From Anthoceros angustus (lineage: Eukaryota > Plantae > Anthocerotophyta), in contig MU008198.1 in the NCBI GenBank assembly GCA_010909165.1, forward strand, positions 402,216-466,215: DNA of 64,000 nt, in the 5' to 3' direction. Positions 48,001-59,860 of the stretch are shown piece after piece. Position 1 is the stretch's first letter. Every line of letters begins with the position of its first letter. The position numbers were made by a program, and so were the translations under genes. The notes under the pieces are model-generated. The model saw only the letters and a list, made by a program, of their open reading frames with translations, was not told the origin of the DNA and did no database searches.

Positions 48001-49969
48001 AAAGCCTTTTGTGCTCAGATTTTAAGGAGGCCACCTCTGCGTCCCTTTCTTCTAAAGCAGACGACCACTTCTCGACCTGCTCTTCGACCCAACGTTCTCT
48101 TTCTCTGACCATTGCCTCCCATCCATGCTTTTCATTCACCCATTTCTGTTTCCAACTCTCCATTTCCTGCTCCCACTTCTCTGTTTCCTGAGAAATGACG
48201 GCCTCTCTCTTGCTGTACTTCAGCTCCCAATCCTCTGACTTGGCTTCCAGATTGCTCAGTTTTGCGGTCAGTGTCCTTTCTCTGTCATGCCACATTTCTT
48301 CGATCTCCCTTTCTCTGTCTCTTGCCTTTTGGACAAGCATGTTCAACTTGACCTCCAGATTATCTCTCTCCGCTTCAACTCGCACACGATCGGCCCTCAA
48401 CTGTGTGAGCTGGGCCACGACCGAATCGTGAAGCTCTGCATCTCCGCCAGCAGCAGGAATAACATCGACGACTCCATTTGCCACCCTCACATAAGGGTCT
48501 TGAAGTAGCTCCCGAACTCGTTGTGTGATGTTTTGGTTCCCATCCACAGATGAAACCCACTGTGCAACGTCCCCTAATGTCGTTGCTACTCTCGCCACAA
48601 AGCTTTCCAATTGTCTCAACTTTTCGCTTTGGCTCCTGCTCTCAGCTCTCCAAAGACCCAGGGTTCTATCCATGTCAAGACGAGATTCCTTCCGGCGTTC
48701 TCTCTCGGACGTGAGTGCAGCTTCACTGTCTCTAAGCAAAACAGAGATCCTACCAGCCTCTTTCTCAAGAGCAATCACGCGGTAGTCATTCTGCTTGTCC
48801 TTCTCTCGCCACTTCCTCCTTTCCTGCTGGAACCGTTCCTCCGATGCTTCCTTAGCACTGGTCACCTCCTCAAGAGACTTCCTCTGCCGCTCTGTTCTCT
48901 CGTCTGCTTCCTTCAGGAGGTCTTCAAAAGCTATGAACAGGTCTTTACTTGGGCTATCCAGTTGCTTCTGCAGCCCGTCATTTGGCGTGGACACTTGCCC
49001 TACGTCAATTGCACTGAAGCTCTTCTTCATTGCATCCTTGTGTCTTGTGAAGTCCTCTTCACCTTCTCGCAGCTCTACAAGCATTCCTCGGATGACCTCG
49101 TCCATCTCATCTTGCTTCTTCTGCAGTGCATACTCCTTCTCAGCATGTGCAATACTGAGTTCCTCCTCCAGCCTCCTCACTTTGCTTTTCAGCACCATTA
49201 TCTCCTCTTCAAACTGGACCTCCCTCCGTTCAATTTCCCACTCCCTCTCCTGTCTCTGCATTTCCATGACTTCCTCATCAGCTTTCATTCTGAGCAGTAA
49301 TTCCTCCATTGCAGCTTCCAGCTCAACTTCCTCTTCTACCTTCTCTACAATGTGCTCCATTCTTTCCATGCTGAGTCTCCTCTCAATTGCCTGCTCTCTT
49401 CCAGCAAGTATTTTCAATTGCTCGCACAGAAGTTTGGAGAGCTTCATTTCATGCTTCCCATCATCCCATGCCTGGCCAAGAAAGAGTCTGGACTTGGCAG
49501 AAGAGCTGGGATAATCTTGTGGCCAGTCATGGTCAGCGTCATCTTCAGCAAGTTCCCTGCCGTCCCCAAAGGCCTCTGCTAATTCTCCTTTCAACTTCTG
49601 GAAATGATGTGTCAGTGCCCTTGCTTTGATCAAGTTCACATCCTTCTTCACAGGCTTCCTGCAAACAATGGTACGACAGCCCTTGCTCTGAATGCCTGAA
49701 CTGTCTACCAGTGATTCATCATCGCTGAATGCATTCTCTACCCGGAGAACGTCCTCATCACCAATGTCCTTCTCAAGAGATCTGTATGCTTGCAGACCAT
49801 GAGGCTTCCGAGCTTCTAAAGAACCAACCTTTCCTTCAGCAAGCTGTATTGCACTTCCACAAGCGGCTTCGCTTAAGCAGTCAGGAGGTGCAGCGGTCCG
49901 AGGATCATGTTCATAAGAGTAACTACTCTCCACCACTCCTTTGGTACGCTCCAAAGCACAAATACTCAT
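45092..49969 (-). CDS. Very large E/K/R/Q-rich coiled-coil protein: one ~3.9-kb exon plus ~5 small 3' exons
   Basis: 1352-aa ORF at 45929..49987 (first ATG 49969). In-phase downstream exons VTSTSNTW..VRK|EQACLKQQLEVERQ..|VEAENRWMEAAIARALEQK..|VAQLQNV..|RI*. No family recognised. Confidence 0.8.
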
Positions 49970-51758
49970 CGCACTGCCGCTGTGCAACGAATCCTGCCTT
50001 TCGTCACAGTCTATGGAAGTCTGAACATCTGATCCAAGTTGAGCACTGTCTTGAAATTTGGCCCCACGATCCTGTCATGATGAATCCAAGAAATCAACTT
50101 GTGAGCTCCAGATTAGACTTGAAGGCAAGATTAGAGCTACCTTTGCAAAAGCTCGTAACAGGTGTGCTTTATTCAGGGGCGTGGGAATGATTGACAAACC
50201 TGGTGAGCAGTCGCAGATCCCGAGTCACAAACATGCTCGGCGATCGTATCATGGATGGGCACAGCCTGTGCCTCCTATGAGAGGCATTCACAGACACGGA
50301 GCTTTTCGGGGTCAGCCGATCACAACCCCACAACCCCAGGTACCAAAACTTGCATGAAGTCGAGATGTGAGTGTTGAGCTTACCTTCCGCTCAGCTGGTG
50401 TGTATGCTGGACTCCGGACCGAGGCAAACTGGTCATTGTCGGAGGCTCGCAACGGCACGCGGTGATCATTCCGCCTGCAGAAGGCATACAGAGTTCGAGA
50501 AGTGAGCCCGTGTGAAGCGACCACTAGATGTGGAACCGAAAAGAATCCGAAGACACCTCCTTCTCTAAAATGGCAAGAATATTTCCAGCATGCAGAATCA
50601 CAAGGGAAAGACGAGCAGAACCTTGAACGAGCTGGTTTGCCACGGGTCTCTGGTCCACTTAAAGTACAGCTCGATTGGAGCTCTATGCACAACAGCCATA
50701 GCGCATTCATCAAAATCATGCAGAAAAAATCCGCATCTCGTTCAAGATGCGAAGTCCACCAACTTCAAACCACGGGAAGCACCCGTCCTTCCTTCCTTCC
50801 CGAACAGCTGCTCGTCATACCTGAAGCCAGATTTTCGACATTGCTGGAGGACGACATATCAGAAACTCAGCTCCACAAGCTCGTCATACTCGTCTCTGGC
50901 GCCAAGACGGGCACACACTCGGCTCAAAACCCTTTCAAACCTCCATGGTCCCCTCTCCCCGCTGCGTGGAAGCCAGGCGACAAGAAGGCAGCTCACAAAC
51001 CAGGAATTTTGGCCGGAAGGTAGGCTTCCAGCCACATTCCAGCAGCTACTACAACATGCAGCCAGGGAAGCCAATGCGGACCGCGAAAAGACAGGATCAG
51101 GCCAGACCTGCACTTTCCCCCTCCCCGCGAGCCCGTGGGAACAGCCACAGCAGCAGAAGCAGGAGCTCGCGCGGAGCCGGAATTGCTTCCGCCGGCAGAT
51201 CTCGCAGCCAGCAGCAAGGCGCGAGCTCGGCGCCGGCAGAGAAGCGTGAAATTGCGCGGCAGATACGCGGCTCCCGCGGGACCGAGCAGCCCTGTCCGGT
51301 CCTCTCCCGTCCTTCCCCCGCCTGTCCTGGCCCGCGCAAATCAGCATGCATTCTCTCTACCGAAGCTTTTGGCGCCAGACGACTCGCAGCCTGTGTCCAA
51401 CATGTTCGCCGTTCGGTCGTTCGTTCGTTCCTTCCCCTGGCCGGGTCGCGCGCCACAGCCGCCAGCCCCTAGCGCTCCCCTGGCTGCACTCACGACCGAA
51501 GCCCGGCCTTGGGAACGGCTAAGCCCGGGCGCTTATTCCGGCCTTTCAAACTGGCGGATATATATCATGCGATTCCGACGATTTTGGTATCCCAGTGCTT
51601 TGGGTTCAGGCCTGTCGTATGCGAGGTGGGGACCAGCAGACAGGCAAGTTCGCAGGTGATGTCCTCGAGGAAGAATGTCGTTATATCTACATGAGTCGCT
51701 ACTTGCTGTGGCCGTGTGAGAAGTCTTTCTCGTTCGAGGAAGAGAGGAAGAGGAGCTT

Positions 51759-53432
51759 TCAATTCTGTCTCTGGCTTTCTCTTTGTGGCATAGAGTAAAC
51801 TTCAAGCAGGTCGAGAAAGACAGCTTCGTTGGGTTCCACTCTCTCCTGCCTCATTCTGTTCAGGAGTCTGTCCACTTGCTGCATCTGGCCTGCCCTGCCA
51901 TAGGCTTTCAGAATAGATCCGTAGAATTTGGGATCCGGATAGAGGCCGATCTTGGGGGAGTGCTGGAGCAGCATTTCAGCTCTCTGGAAGCAGCCATGGT
52001 GGCAGTAGCTCTCCATCATGGCTGTGAAGGTGGAGGGCACGAACTTCACCTTTGCCTGCACCATGTCCTGGAAGCATTCCTCCATTCTGCCCACGTCCCC
52101 AGCCCCGCCATGTGCCCGGATCCTGATCTCGTAGGACACGAAGGTTGGGGTGAGACCTCGTGCCGAGATGGTGCCGAATGCAGACTCCATCTTGTCGAGC
52201 AGGCCAGCCCTGCTATAGCTGCTCATCATGGAGTGGAAGGTGGCTAGGTCTGGAGAGATCTTCCTGGCAGCTGTCATGGTGTTGTAGACTCTATCCATCT
52301 TGTCCCAGGCTCCGGTTTTGCCGTAGACGTCGATGAGGATGTTGAAGGTGATGAGACCTGGCTTGCAGAAGTCGGCTTCCATGACGGCAATCATGTTCTC
52401 CATCTGCTCCAAGTGCCCTGCTTTGCCGTACGCGTCCAGGATGCCGTTGAAGGTGTAGAGGTCTGGGGCCAGGCCTTCCTTCCGGAGCTCCACAAAGAGT
52501 GCATTCACCATGTCGAACTCGCCTGCCATACCACATGCCCTGATCAAGGTATTGTAGGTCACGATATTGGGCTGGGCCTGGGATCTAGATTTCATGTCTT
52601 CCAAAAACCTGAGCCCCTTCTCCCACGCCCTGGGGTTCGTGGGATTCCTCACCTGCAAAGCAACAAGTGCAGCAAGAGCAGCAGCAGCATCAGCATGCTC
52701 TGGCAAACTGCACCTTCATCATATTCATCCACAAAGCATAAGTTTCCTTCTCCTCTACTCTGCTCTTCTCTGTTCTGCTCTGCTCTGCTCTGCTCTCACC
52801 AACCTGGGCCGAAATGACAGCGTTGTAGGCAGAAGTGTCAGGCTCCACACCATTTCGCCTCATCTCCACAAACAGCCAGGTTGCCAGCTTCACCTTCTTG
52901 GCTTTCCCCATGATGGAGATCAACTTGGAGTAGAACCCAAGATCATGCCTATACCATCCCTGCATCTGAATCCACCGAAACACCTGCCAGCAAAAACAAA
53001 AAACCACAAAACCACAAATACTCCCCTTACATCAGGCGTCTCATTCTCATGCAGTCCATGAACCATCCGACGCACGCACAGAAAACACACCTCAAGGGAA
53101 ACCTGCCATTCATGCCTGTCCCCCAAGGCCTCCAGCACCTGGAACCAGTGTGGATGCCTGAGATACCGGCCTCTGCTGTCCATGACCCTCTCCACCACAG
53201 CTCCTTCCGCAGTCAGGGCCCGGACCAGCCCCTCCTGGGCATGTGATGTCAAACTCTCCTTCTCCTCATTTCTCTTCCTCCTGCTCCTAACAACAACAGA
53301 CACGCCGCCTTCTGGAACCTTCATTCCGAACCCGCAAGAACGTGATTGCAATCGGCCAGGGGCAGCAGCACAAGATGACCATGATTCCAGGGCCCGCCAT
53401 CCTTTGTCAGGGATGATGCGACTCAGGCTCAT
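51759..53432 (-). CDS. PPR5: P-class chloroplast PPR protein, PPR5/EMB2453 (At4g39620)-like; 3 exons
   Basis: WFQVLEALG...WQVSLE|VFRWIQMQGWY..D.G.YSKLISIMGK....LATWLFVEMRRNGVEPDTSAYNAVISA, then QPNIVTYNTLIRA, PDLYTFNGILDAYGK and KPGLITFNILIDVYGK. Confidence 0.85.
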
Positions 53433-53526
53433 TGTCAGAACAACATCAACATCGTCTCCTCTCCGGTTTCCATTAACACTGAAAGTTTCACACTCTATCA
53501 ACACGCTGCTTCTTCAAGTTTCGACG

Positions 53527-54045
53527 ATGGCGACGATGCCAGGGCGTGCTTGCTTTGTGTGTGCAGCCCTCCCGCCTAACGGATCCGGAGCCGGAAACGA
53601 CTTCACGGACGAGAACCCGTTCGCCACGGTGGGGAGAGCGTGGAAGGCGACTGCGCGCCCTCGGTGGCCCGTGGACACAGAGGTGGCTGCTTCTCCGAAA
53701 CCGAGGCCTGCTTCCTTTCCTGATTCCAAGCAGCGGCTTTCTCACTCCCGGGCTGGCTGTGCGCAGAGCAATGTGAGGAGGGAGAAGCGGAAGCTTCCCA
53801 GCCCGTCCTGCGTGGTGTGCTTGGGGCGGGGGAAGGTGCAGTGCCAGCCTTGCCGGGGCAGGGGCCGCACCAACTGCACGGAGGTGGCCCTGCTGCCCAA
53901 GGGAGAGTGGCCCAAGTGGTGCTGGGAGTGCCATGGCTCTGGATTGAGCTACTGCAGCAGGTGCTTCGGGACAGGGGAGAAGAGGGGGATCATCGGGTTC
54001 CACATACCAGACCAAGACTCCATACATCAGTTCAGCAACAACTGA
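53527..54045 (+). CDS. DnaJ-type zinc-finger (CxxCxGxG repeat) protein without a J domain, likely plastid-targeted
   Basis: CVVCLGRG, CQPCRGRG, LLPKGEWPKWCWECHGSG and CSRCFGTG; intronless. Confidence 0.9.
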   Translation: MATMPGRACFVCAALPPNGSGAGNDFTDENPFATVGRAWKATARPRWPVDTEVAASPKPRPASFPDSKQRLSHSRAGCAQSNVRREKRKLPSPSCVVCLGRGKVQCQPCRGRGRTNCTEVALLPKGEWPKWCWECHGSGLSYCSRCFGTGEKRGIIGFHIPDQDSIHQFSNN

Positions 54046-54130
54046 GCCATCTCTAGTGTGCACGAGCTGGAATGCTACGGGTGTCAAGCATCTCTCTCTA
54101 AGTGTCAAAACTGTGAGGCTAGTAATGTAG

Positions 54131-56398
54131 CTAGGTGGATTTTGCAGGGGGTTGCTTGTTGAAGCTCACTCTCATGGTGGTCTGACCCAGTTGGGATCCG
54201 TCCAGTGCTGCTACTGCAGCTTTGGCGTTTTCCTGCATCATGTCCAGCATGACAAAGTATTGTTACAGGACGCCTGGAACGTATCTGGCACCTTCCTGGG
54301 CTTGGAGAGGAGAGGAGATTACCTCGTTTTCGTAAGTCACGAACCCGAAGCCCTTGGATCTGCCAGTAACGTAGTCGGTGATAACCTGTTCATCCAACCA
54401 GAAGCTGTCACACGGCTGGTTCCTCAGGGGACTGTAAGGACAGTTGAGACTGCGGAGGGAAGGATTGTGTACCCTTGTCTGTGTGATTGTGCCGTATGGC
54501 TTGAATGCGTTCTCCAGGTCCTCGTCACTCAATGTTTTGCACAGGTTGGCAACGAAAATTTGGGATTGCCGCCTTTTAGGTTGGGGAGTTTCGGCTTCCT
54601 TCATAGAGGCTGGTTTCAGCACCCCCTGCCGCACCTGCAAAGGCATGCAATTCAATGACCGTGAGTGAAACAGCAAGCAGCAGCAGCATGGTGAGAGGTT
54701 CCTGAGTGGCAGCTCTCCTACCGTGAGAGTCCTGCCCAGGTTGACCTGACCATTCAAGTTCTCAATTGCTGCCTGGGCTGATTCAGCGGAATCCATTATC
54801 ACGAACACGAATCCCCTATGCCTGCCCTTGACTACCTGTTGCGCAACACGGTAGCACGCTCAGTACAAAGACGGTTTGATGCCTCGACAGACGCCATAGC
54901 AGTGGCTCACAGTAAAGACTGACCTTTCCCTCGGAGAAGAAGGGAACGATCTGCAGCCCTTTCACTTCCCCGTACTTCCCAAACACTCTCTTCAGACCTG
55001 CAAGAAAGAAGACGACGTGGATTAACATTTGAACACCACCCAGGAGGGCCACAGAGGTTGCAATATCACGTACCAGATTTTAGTTGTTTGCCCTGAAGGG
55101 TGAATGGCAACCCTCCAACATACACTTTGGTCGGAACAATTTGGATCTGGTCAGCAGTGTCTTCGGTTGTATCTTCAGACTCTTGCTCAAGCTCAACTGG
55201 CTCTTCAGCTGCGGATGGCTCAGTAGCTTGTACTATCCCATCTGCAACCTCCACTGCTGCTGCTGATAGTTCCAGGCTATCTTCCGGCTCCTCACTCTTA
55301 AGCTCTTCCGCTGGTGATGGCTCAGCTGGCTCTTCTTGGCCTGATGGCTGAGCAGGTGCTATAATCCCCTGTGCAACATTCTCTGCGACTGCTGCTACTT
55401 CAAAAGCCCCTTCCTGTGTCTCAGGCTGACCCAGTGGTGCTGCCTCTTCTCCTGCTGATGGTTGAGTAGTTTCTATGGCCCCCTCTGCAACCTCTCCTGC
55501 TACTGCTGCAACAAGGGCCTCTTCCTCCTCCTCTGTCTGAAGCTCTTCCCCTGATGCTGGCTCTTCTCCTGCTGATGGCTCAGTAGGTTCAATGGCCCCC
55601 TCTGCAACTTTCCCTGCTACTGATTCCAGTTCAAGAGCATGCTCCTCCTCCTCCCGTGTCGCCAGCTCTTCTGCTTGTGCTTGCTCTTCTTTTGCTGGTG
55701 CTGGTTCTTCTTCTGCTTGTGCTTGCTCTTCTTTTGCTGGTGCTGGTTCTTCTTCTGCTGATGCTTGACTAGGTTCTACAGTCTCTTCTGCAATCTCTAC
55801 TGCTCCTGCTGGTACTTCACGCTCTTCTGCTGCTGATGCATCAACTGGCTGCTCTTCTGCTGCTGATGCCTCAACTGGCTGTTCTTGTGTCTCAAGCTCT
55901 TTTGCTGCTGATGCTTCAACTGGCTCTTCTGCTGCTGGCTCAGCAGGCTCTTGCACGCTTTGTGCGACCACCAGTGCTGCTGCTGCTAATTCAAGCGGCT
56001 CCTCTTCCTTCTCTTTCTCAACCCCCGCTTCTGCCTCAGCTGGCTCTGCTACTTCAAGATTACCTTCTTCCTGTGTCTCAAGCTCTGTTGCTGCTGAAGC
56101 CTCAACTGGCTCTTCTACTACTGGATCAGGTGGCTCTTCTACCGTCTCTGAAACGTCCAAAGCTACTGCTTGTACTTCAAGAGGACCTTCTTCCTCCTGC
56201 CTTTCAATCTCCTCTCCTGCCTCAGCTGACTCTTCTACCCTCTCTGCATCCTCCACTGCTCCTGCTGCTAACACAAGCGGCTCCTCCTCCCCCTGTTTCT
56301 CAATCTCCCCTTCTGCCTCAGCTGGCTCTTCTACCCTCTCTGAGACCTCCAGTGCTACTGCTGCTACTTCAAAAACACCTTTTTCCTGTGTCTCAAGC

Positions 56399-56443
<45 letters not shown>

Positions 56444-57612
56444 AATACAAGCCGCTCCTGTTCCTCCTGTTTGTCAACCTCCGCTTCTGCCTCAACTGGC
56501 TCCTGTACCACCTCTGCGACGTCCAGTGCTATTGCTGCTTCGTCAAGAGTACCCTCTACCTCTGTCTCAAGCTCTGTTGCTGCTGATTCCTCGACCGGCT
56601 CTTCTTCTGCTGCTGGCGCATCTAGCTCTTCAACCGTCTCTGCAACGTCCACTGCTACTGCAGCTACTTCAACAGGATCTTTATCCCTCTGCCTCTCCTC
56701 CTCAGCTCCCGCAACAGCCTCCTCCCCGGTTGCCAACACATCCGTGCTGGAGCCTTCTTCAGGCGAAATTGGCACCTCCTCTACGGCAGCCTCCTCAGTT
56801 GCAGCTCCCGGGCTGACGACAACTTCATCCTGCCCACCGTCGGCGGACAGTCCTCCGGCAACAGCAACGTCCCCTCTCGGCAATCCCCCAGCAGCAACAG
56901 CTTGCCCCTCCTTTTCCTCTGCGGCGCCATCGCTAGACACTGCAGAATCATCACCCAATGCTTCTGCGCCAGTTCCAGGCTCATCATCCGCTGCTCCTGC
57001 ATTTCCATTGCATGTGAAAGAAGAGGATTCTTCACCCAGCACCAGCTCAGCCGCAGAGCCAGCCTCACCTTCTTCCTTCGCATCCGGCTCAGGATCGGAT
57101 CTCTCCAACTCCAAAACAGAAGACTTTTCTCCAGAAATGGTGGGCACTGCATTTTCCTGAGCCCCAGAATCTTCCTCCGCTGCATCCTCCCCGACTCCAG
57201 ACAGCACCCTATCACTTCTTTCAGGAGCTTCGAATGGTTCTTGGGTTCCAGGCACAAGAACAGGCTGCTCCGCTGCCGAACTGCCCTTCAAGTCGCCGGG
57301 CCCGGGCTCAGTCTCAGCCAGAGAGACCTCCCCATGCTGCTCCTCGTACTTCTTCAAATCGAACCAGGACCGCCGACGGGCCTCCACAACAAGCCCGGTC
57401 CCATTGGCACCGGACCTGGGCACCGTCTTCCTGCCGGGCGCGGCCGCAAGAGCCAGGCCCTGTAGCTGCGCATTTCGCAGGCCTGCATTGCCGGCAGGCA
57501 GCAAGAGCATGCCCCTGCTCTTGCTGCTGCTGCTGCTGCTCGCGCCGCCGGCCCTCCAGCCGCAGGCCGGGCAGCAGGACACGGCCACGGAGGCTGTGCA
57601 GGCCATCTCCAT
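54131..57612 (-). CDS. Plastid-type two-RRM RNA-binding protein (cpRNP-like) with a ~700-aa Glu/Ala-rich repetitive region
   Basis: Transit-peptide-like N-terminus. RRM1: KVYVGGLPF..|RVFGKYGEV..|KGRHRGFVFV.MDSAESAQAAIENLNG. RRM2: QIFVANL..LSDEDLENAFKPYG..|VITDYVTGRSKGFGFVTYENE|ENAKAAVAALDG. Stop at 54131-54133. Confidence 0.88.
56400..56443. repeat. (GCT)n trinucleotide run encoding poly-Ala in the RRM protein
   Basis: About 14 gct units; the translation shows a poly-Ala run. Confidence 0.95.
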
Positions 57613-58194
57613 GCTTGCGCAAGTCAGCAGTGCACGCTATCCAGACTCAGCCTGGCCCAATGGCAGCGATCTGAAACGCGGAGACGCGACTTTGTTGTCG
57701 GCAGGCTTGCATCGCTCCCGCCCTCCTGCCAGGCTTCAATGATTCACACCTTCGTCTACATGGGCAAGCGGACGACCTTTGCTTATCCGATTCCACCTGC
57801 AACAGCGAGCCAGTCCTGCAACAGATAGTTTTAAGCAGATTCATGTGTGTACGAGTGCCGAGGATTGTCATTGCAAGATTAGGCACAGGAAGAAAGGATT
57901 CTTCCGTCACCTCATCTGTTAGAGGATGCAAGATAATATAGCTGTAACATACTTGGCGTTGCTGGTGACATGAGTCTGATATCTTACATCCTCTGTAGTG
58001 CGTGGTGAGGAAGGAAGGCAGGCCTGGGGCAAAACTGGAGAAAAGCTTTGATCTGAGGTGGTGGGAGATCTCGCACCATCCTTCCTACAGTACACCATGG
58101 TTCCACACTCAACACGAACATTGGTGTGAAGTGGTGGTGCATAAAATGGGAATTCACAGGCTTGACATCAAGGAGGGCCAGACTGAGTGCATCT

Positions 58195-59101
58195 TCATCG
58201 CTGAAAGGGGGGGCTCGGCGTTGGAGAAGTCGGAGGCTTCAGGTCCGGGAATCTGCACAAGACAGTAACCACGAAGCCACATCAACACCTCGCAAGCACA
58301 CATCCAGACAATGCTTGAAACAACGGGAGTCAGAGAGGAGATTAGTACACACCCTGTATAGGGAGATTGAGGTGTAGGAGGTATGTATAACCGTGCTGCC
58401 ACTTTTTTCTTCGCTACGACAGAAGCCGGTGCGGGACCCTTGGGTGGAGAGCTCGGTGTGGGAGAGCTAGGGGGCTTGAGGTCAGGATACCTGCAAGGTG
58501 ACAACCACGGCAGGTGAGCCAAAGTCACAACACCATATCGAGCTTTGGGATCCAATTCAAGCAAGATGTACCTCAAAGATGCCGCGAAGCTGCATAATGC
58601 AAGCATAAACAGAAGCACGGGGTGGAATCCGTAAGAAGCAGACCTTGCAAAGGGAGATTGTGGCCTGGCAAATGCAGCCTTAGGTTGGTCCGCCACGGCT
58701 GCTGGCTTCTCAAGAACAGGAACCGGCTGCACCTTCGGTGGTGGCGGCTTCCTTTCACGGAGAACTGAAGGATCGTATCTAGGCACAAACGATGTGAGGC
58801 AGACTGGCCCGTTGGTGGATTCATACTCCAGCAGGTCGAACCAGAACAACTCGTTCGGATCCGAGCTATGGTCCACGGCCGCATTCACAACAGCACCAGC
58901 AGCTGATTGCGTCGCCTCCGCATGCGGCACCAGGTTCAATCCAGGTTTGTCCAGCCCCCTGACCAGCGCCATCACGGGGAGCCTGGCAGCCGGCCATCTG
59001 CATCCTCCACCATTCACTCTGCTCCTGGCAACAACGCCGGACGCGCAGGGGCAGGCTGCGGAGTAGGAAACGGCGAGCGGGGCCGAGCAAGCCATCTCCA
59101 T
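58195..59101 (-). CDS. Small Pro/Ser-rich, probably plastid-targeted protein of unknown function; 3 exons; N-terminal paralog of the adjacent RRM gene
   Basis: MEMAC start shared with the neighbour and a WFDLLEYE motif. Splicing yields two copies of PQSP(F/Y)xx(Y/F)PDLKPP(S/T)SPTP, which supports the exon model; stop at 58195-58197. Confidence 0.65.
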
Positions 59102-59860
59102 TCCACGCTCGCCTGGAATTCACCTCACCGGAAGCAAACCCTGCGGAAAAGGAGACGCATCAGATCAGCAGGCCGTCCTGCTGGATTCCTCCAGGCACAA
59201 AGCACGCGTACAACGAATGCGCAAAGAATGCGAAGCATGAATGCGCAAACCAAGCGAGAACCACAGACCACATCATCCAAGAACTCCCATGCCCATGCGA
59301 ACATCATCAGTCTACAGGTCCACATCACCACCAACCTGGGGGAAGGCCAAGGCTCGGATATCACAAGCCTCTGCTCTCAGCTGCTCCCTCCATCACTGCA
59401 TCCAGTGCCGAACATCGCCAGCCGGCTCTCGAGAGATTCTGTGGCAAAAATTTCCTCCCATTTGCGTCCTCATCTCTCTCTTTCTTATCCCTGCCAATAG
59501 CTAACTAACCCGAGGTCAGCAACTGACCCCCGTCGCGGGTTAAATTCAGGTGCATTTTGACCAGCTCCAACAAAATATCCGGTTCACGGAAATCTCCTTC
59601 CGCCTTCTCCTCATAAATAGCTACCAAAGCACGATCTCCTGCAGCCCGAATTTCCAGCTTTTGTTGCTTCCGGTGAGTATTCCCGCTGTAGCGCAGATCG
59701 CATTTTGTCGCAGGATTTTTGTCGTTTCGATTTCCGGGTGCGGGATGAAGGTTTCGGACTCTGATTTTTGTGGGTCTGGGATTTGATGGCGTTTTGAGGA
59801 CAGGCGGCGGTGCATTCTCTGCACTTGGACTCGGAGGGTGCAAGAAAGCTGGTTGGAAAG

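Noticed and set aside
46569-49630. Numerous plus-strand Ser/Leu/Phe-rich ORFs
   Set aside because: Antisense shadows of the coiled-coil exon.
55836-57160. Long plus-strand Leu/Pro/Gln- and Ser-rich ORFs
   Set aside because: Antisense shadows of the Glu/Ala-rich repetitive exon of the RRM gene.
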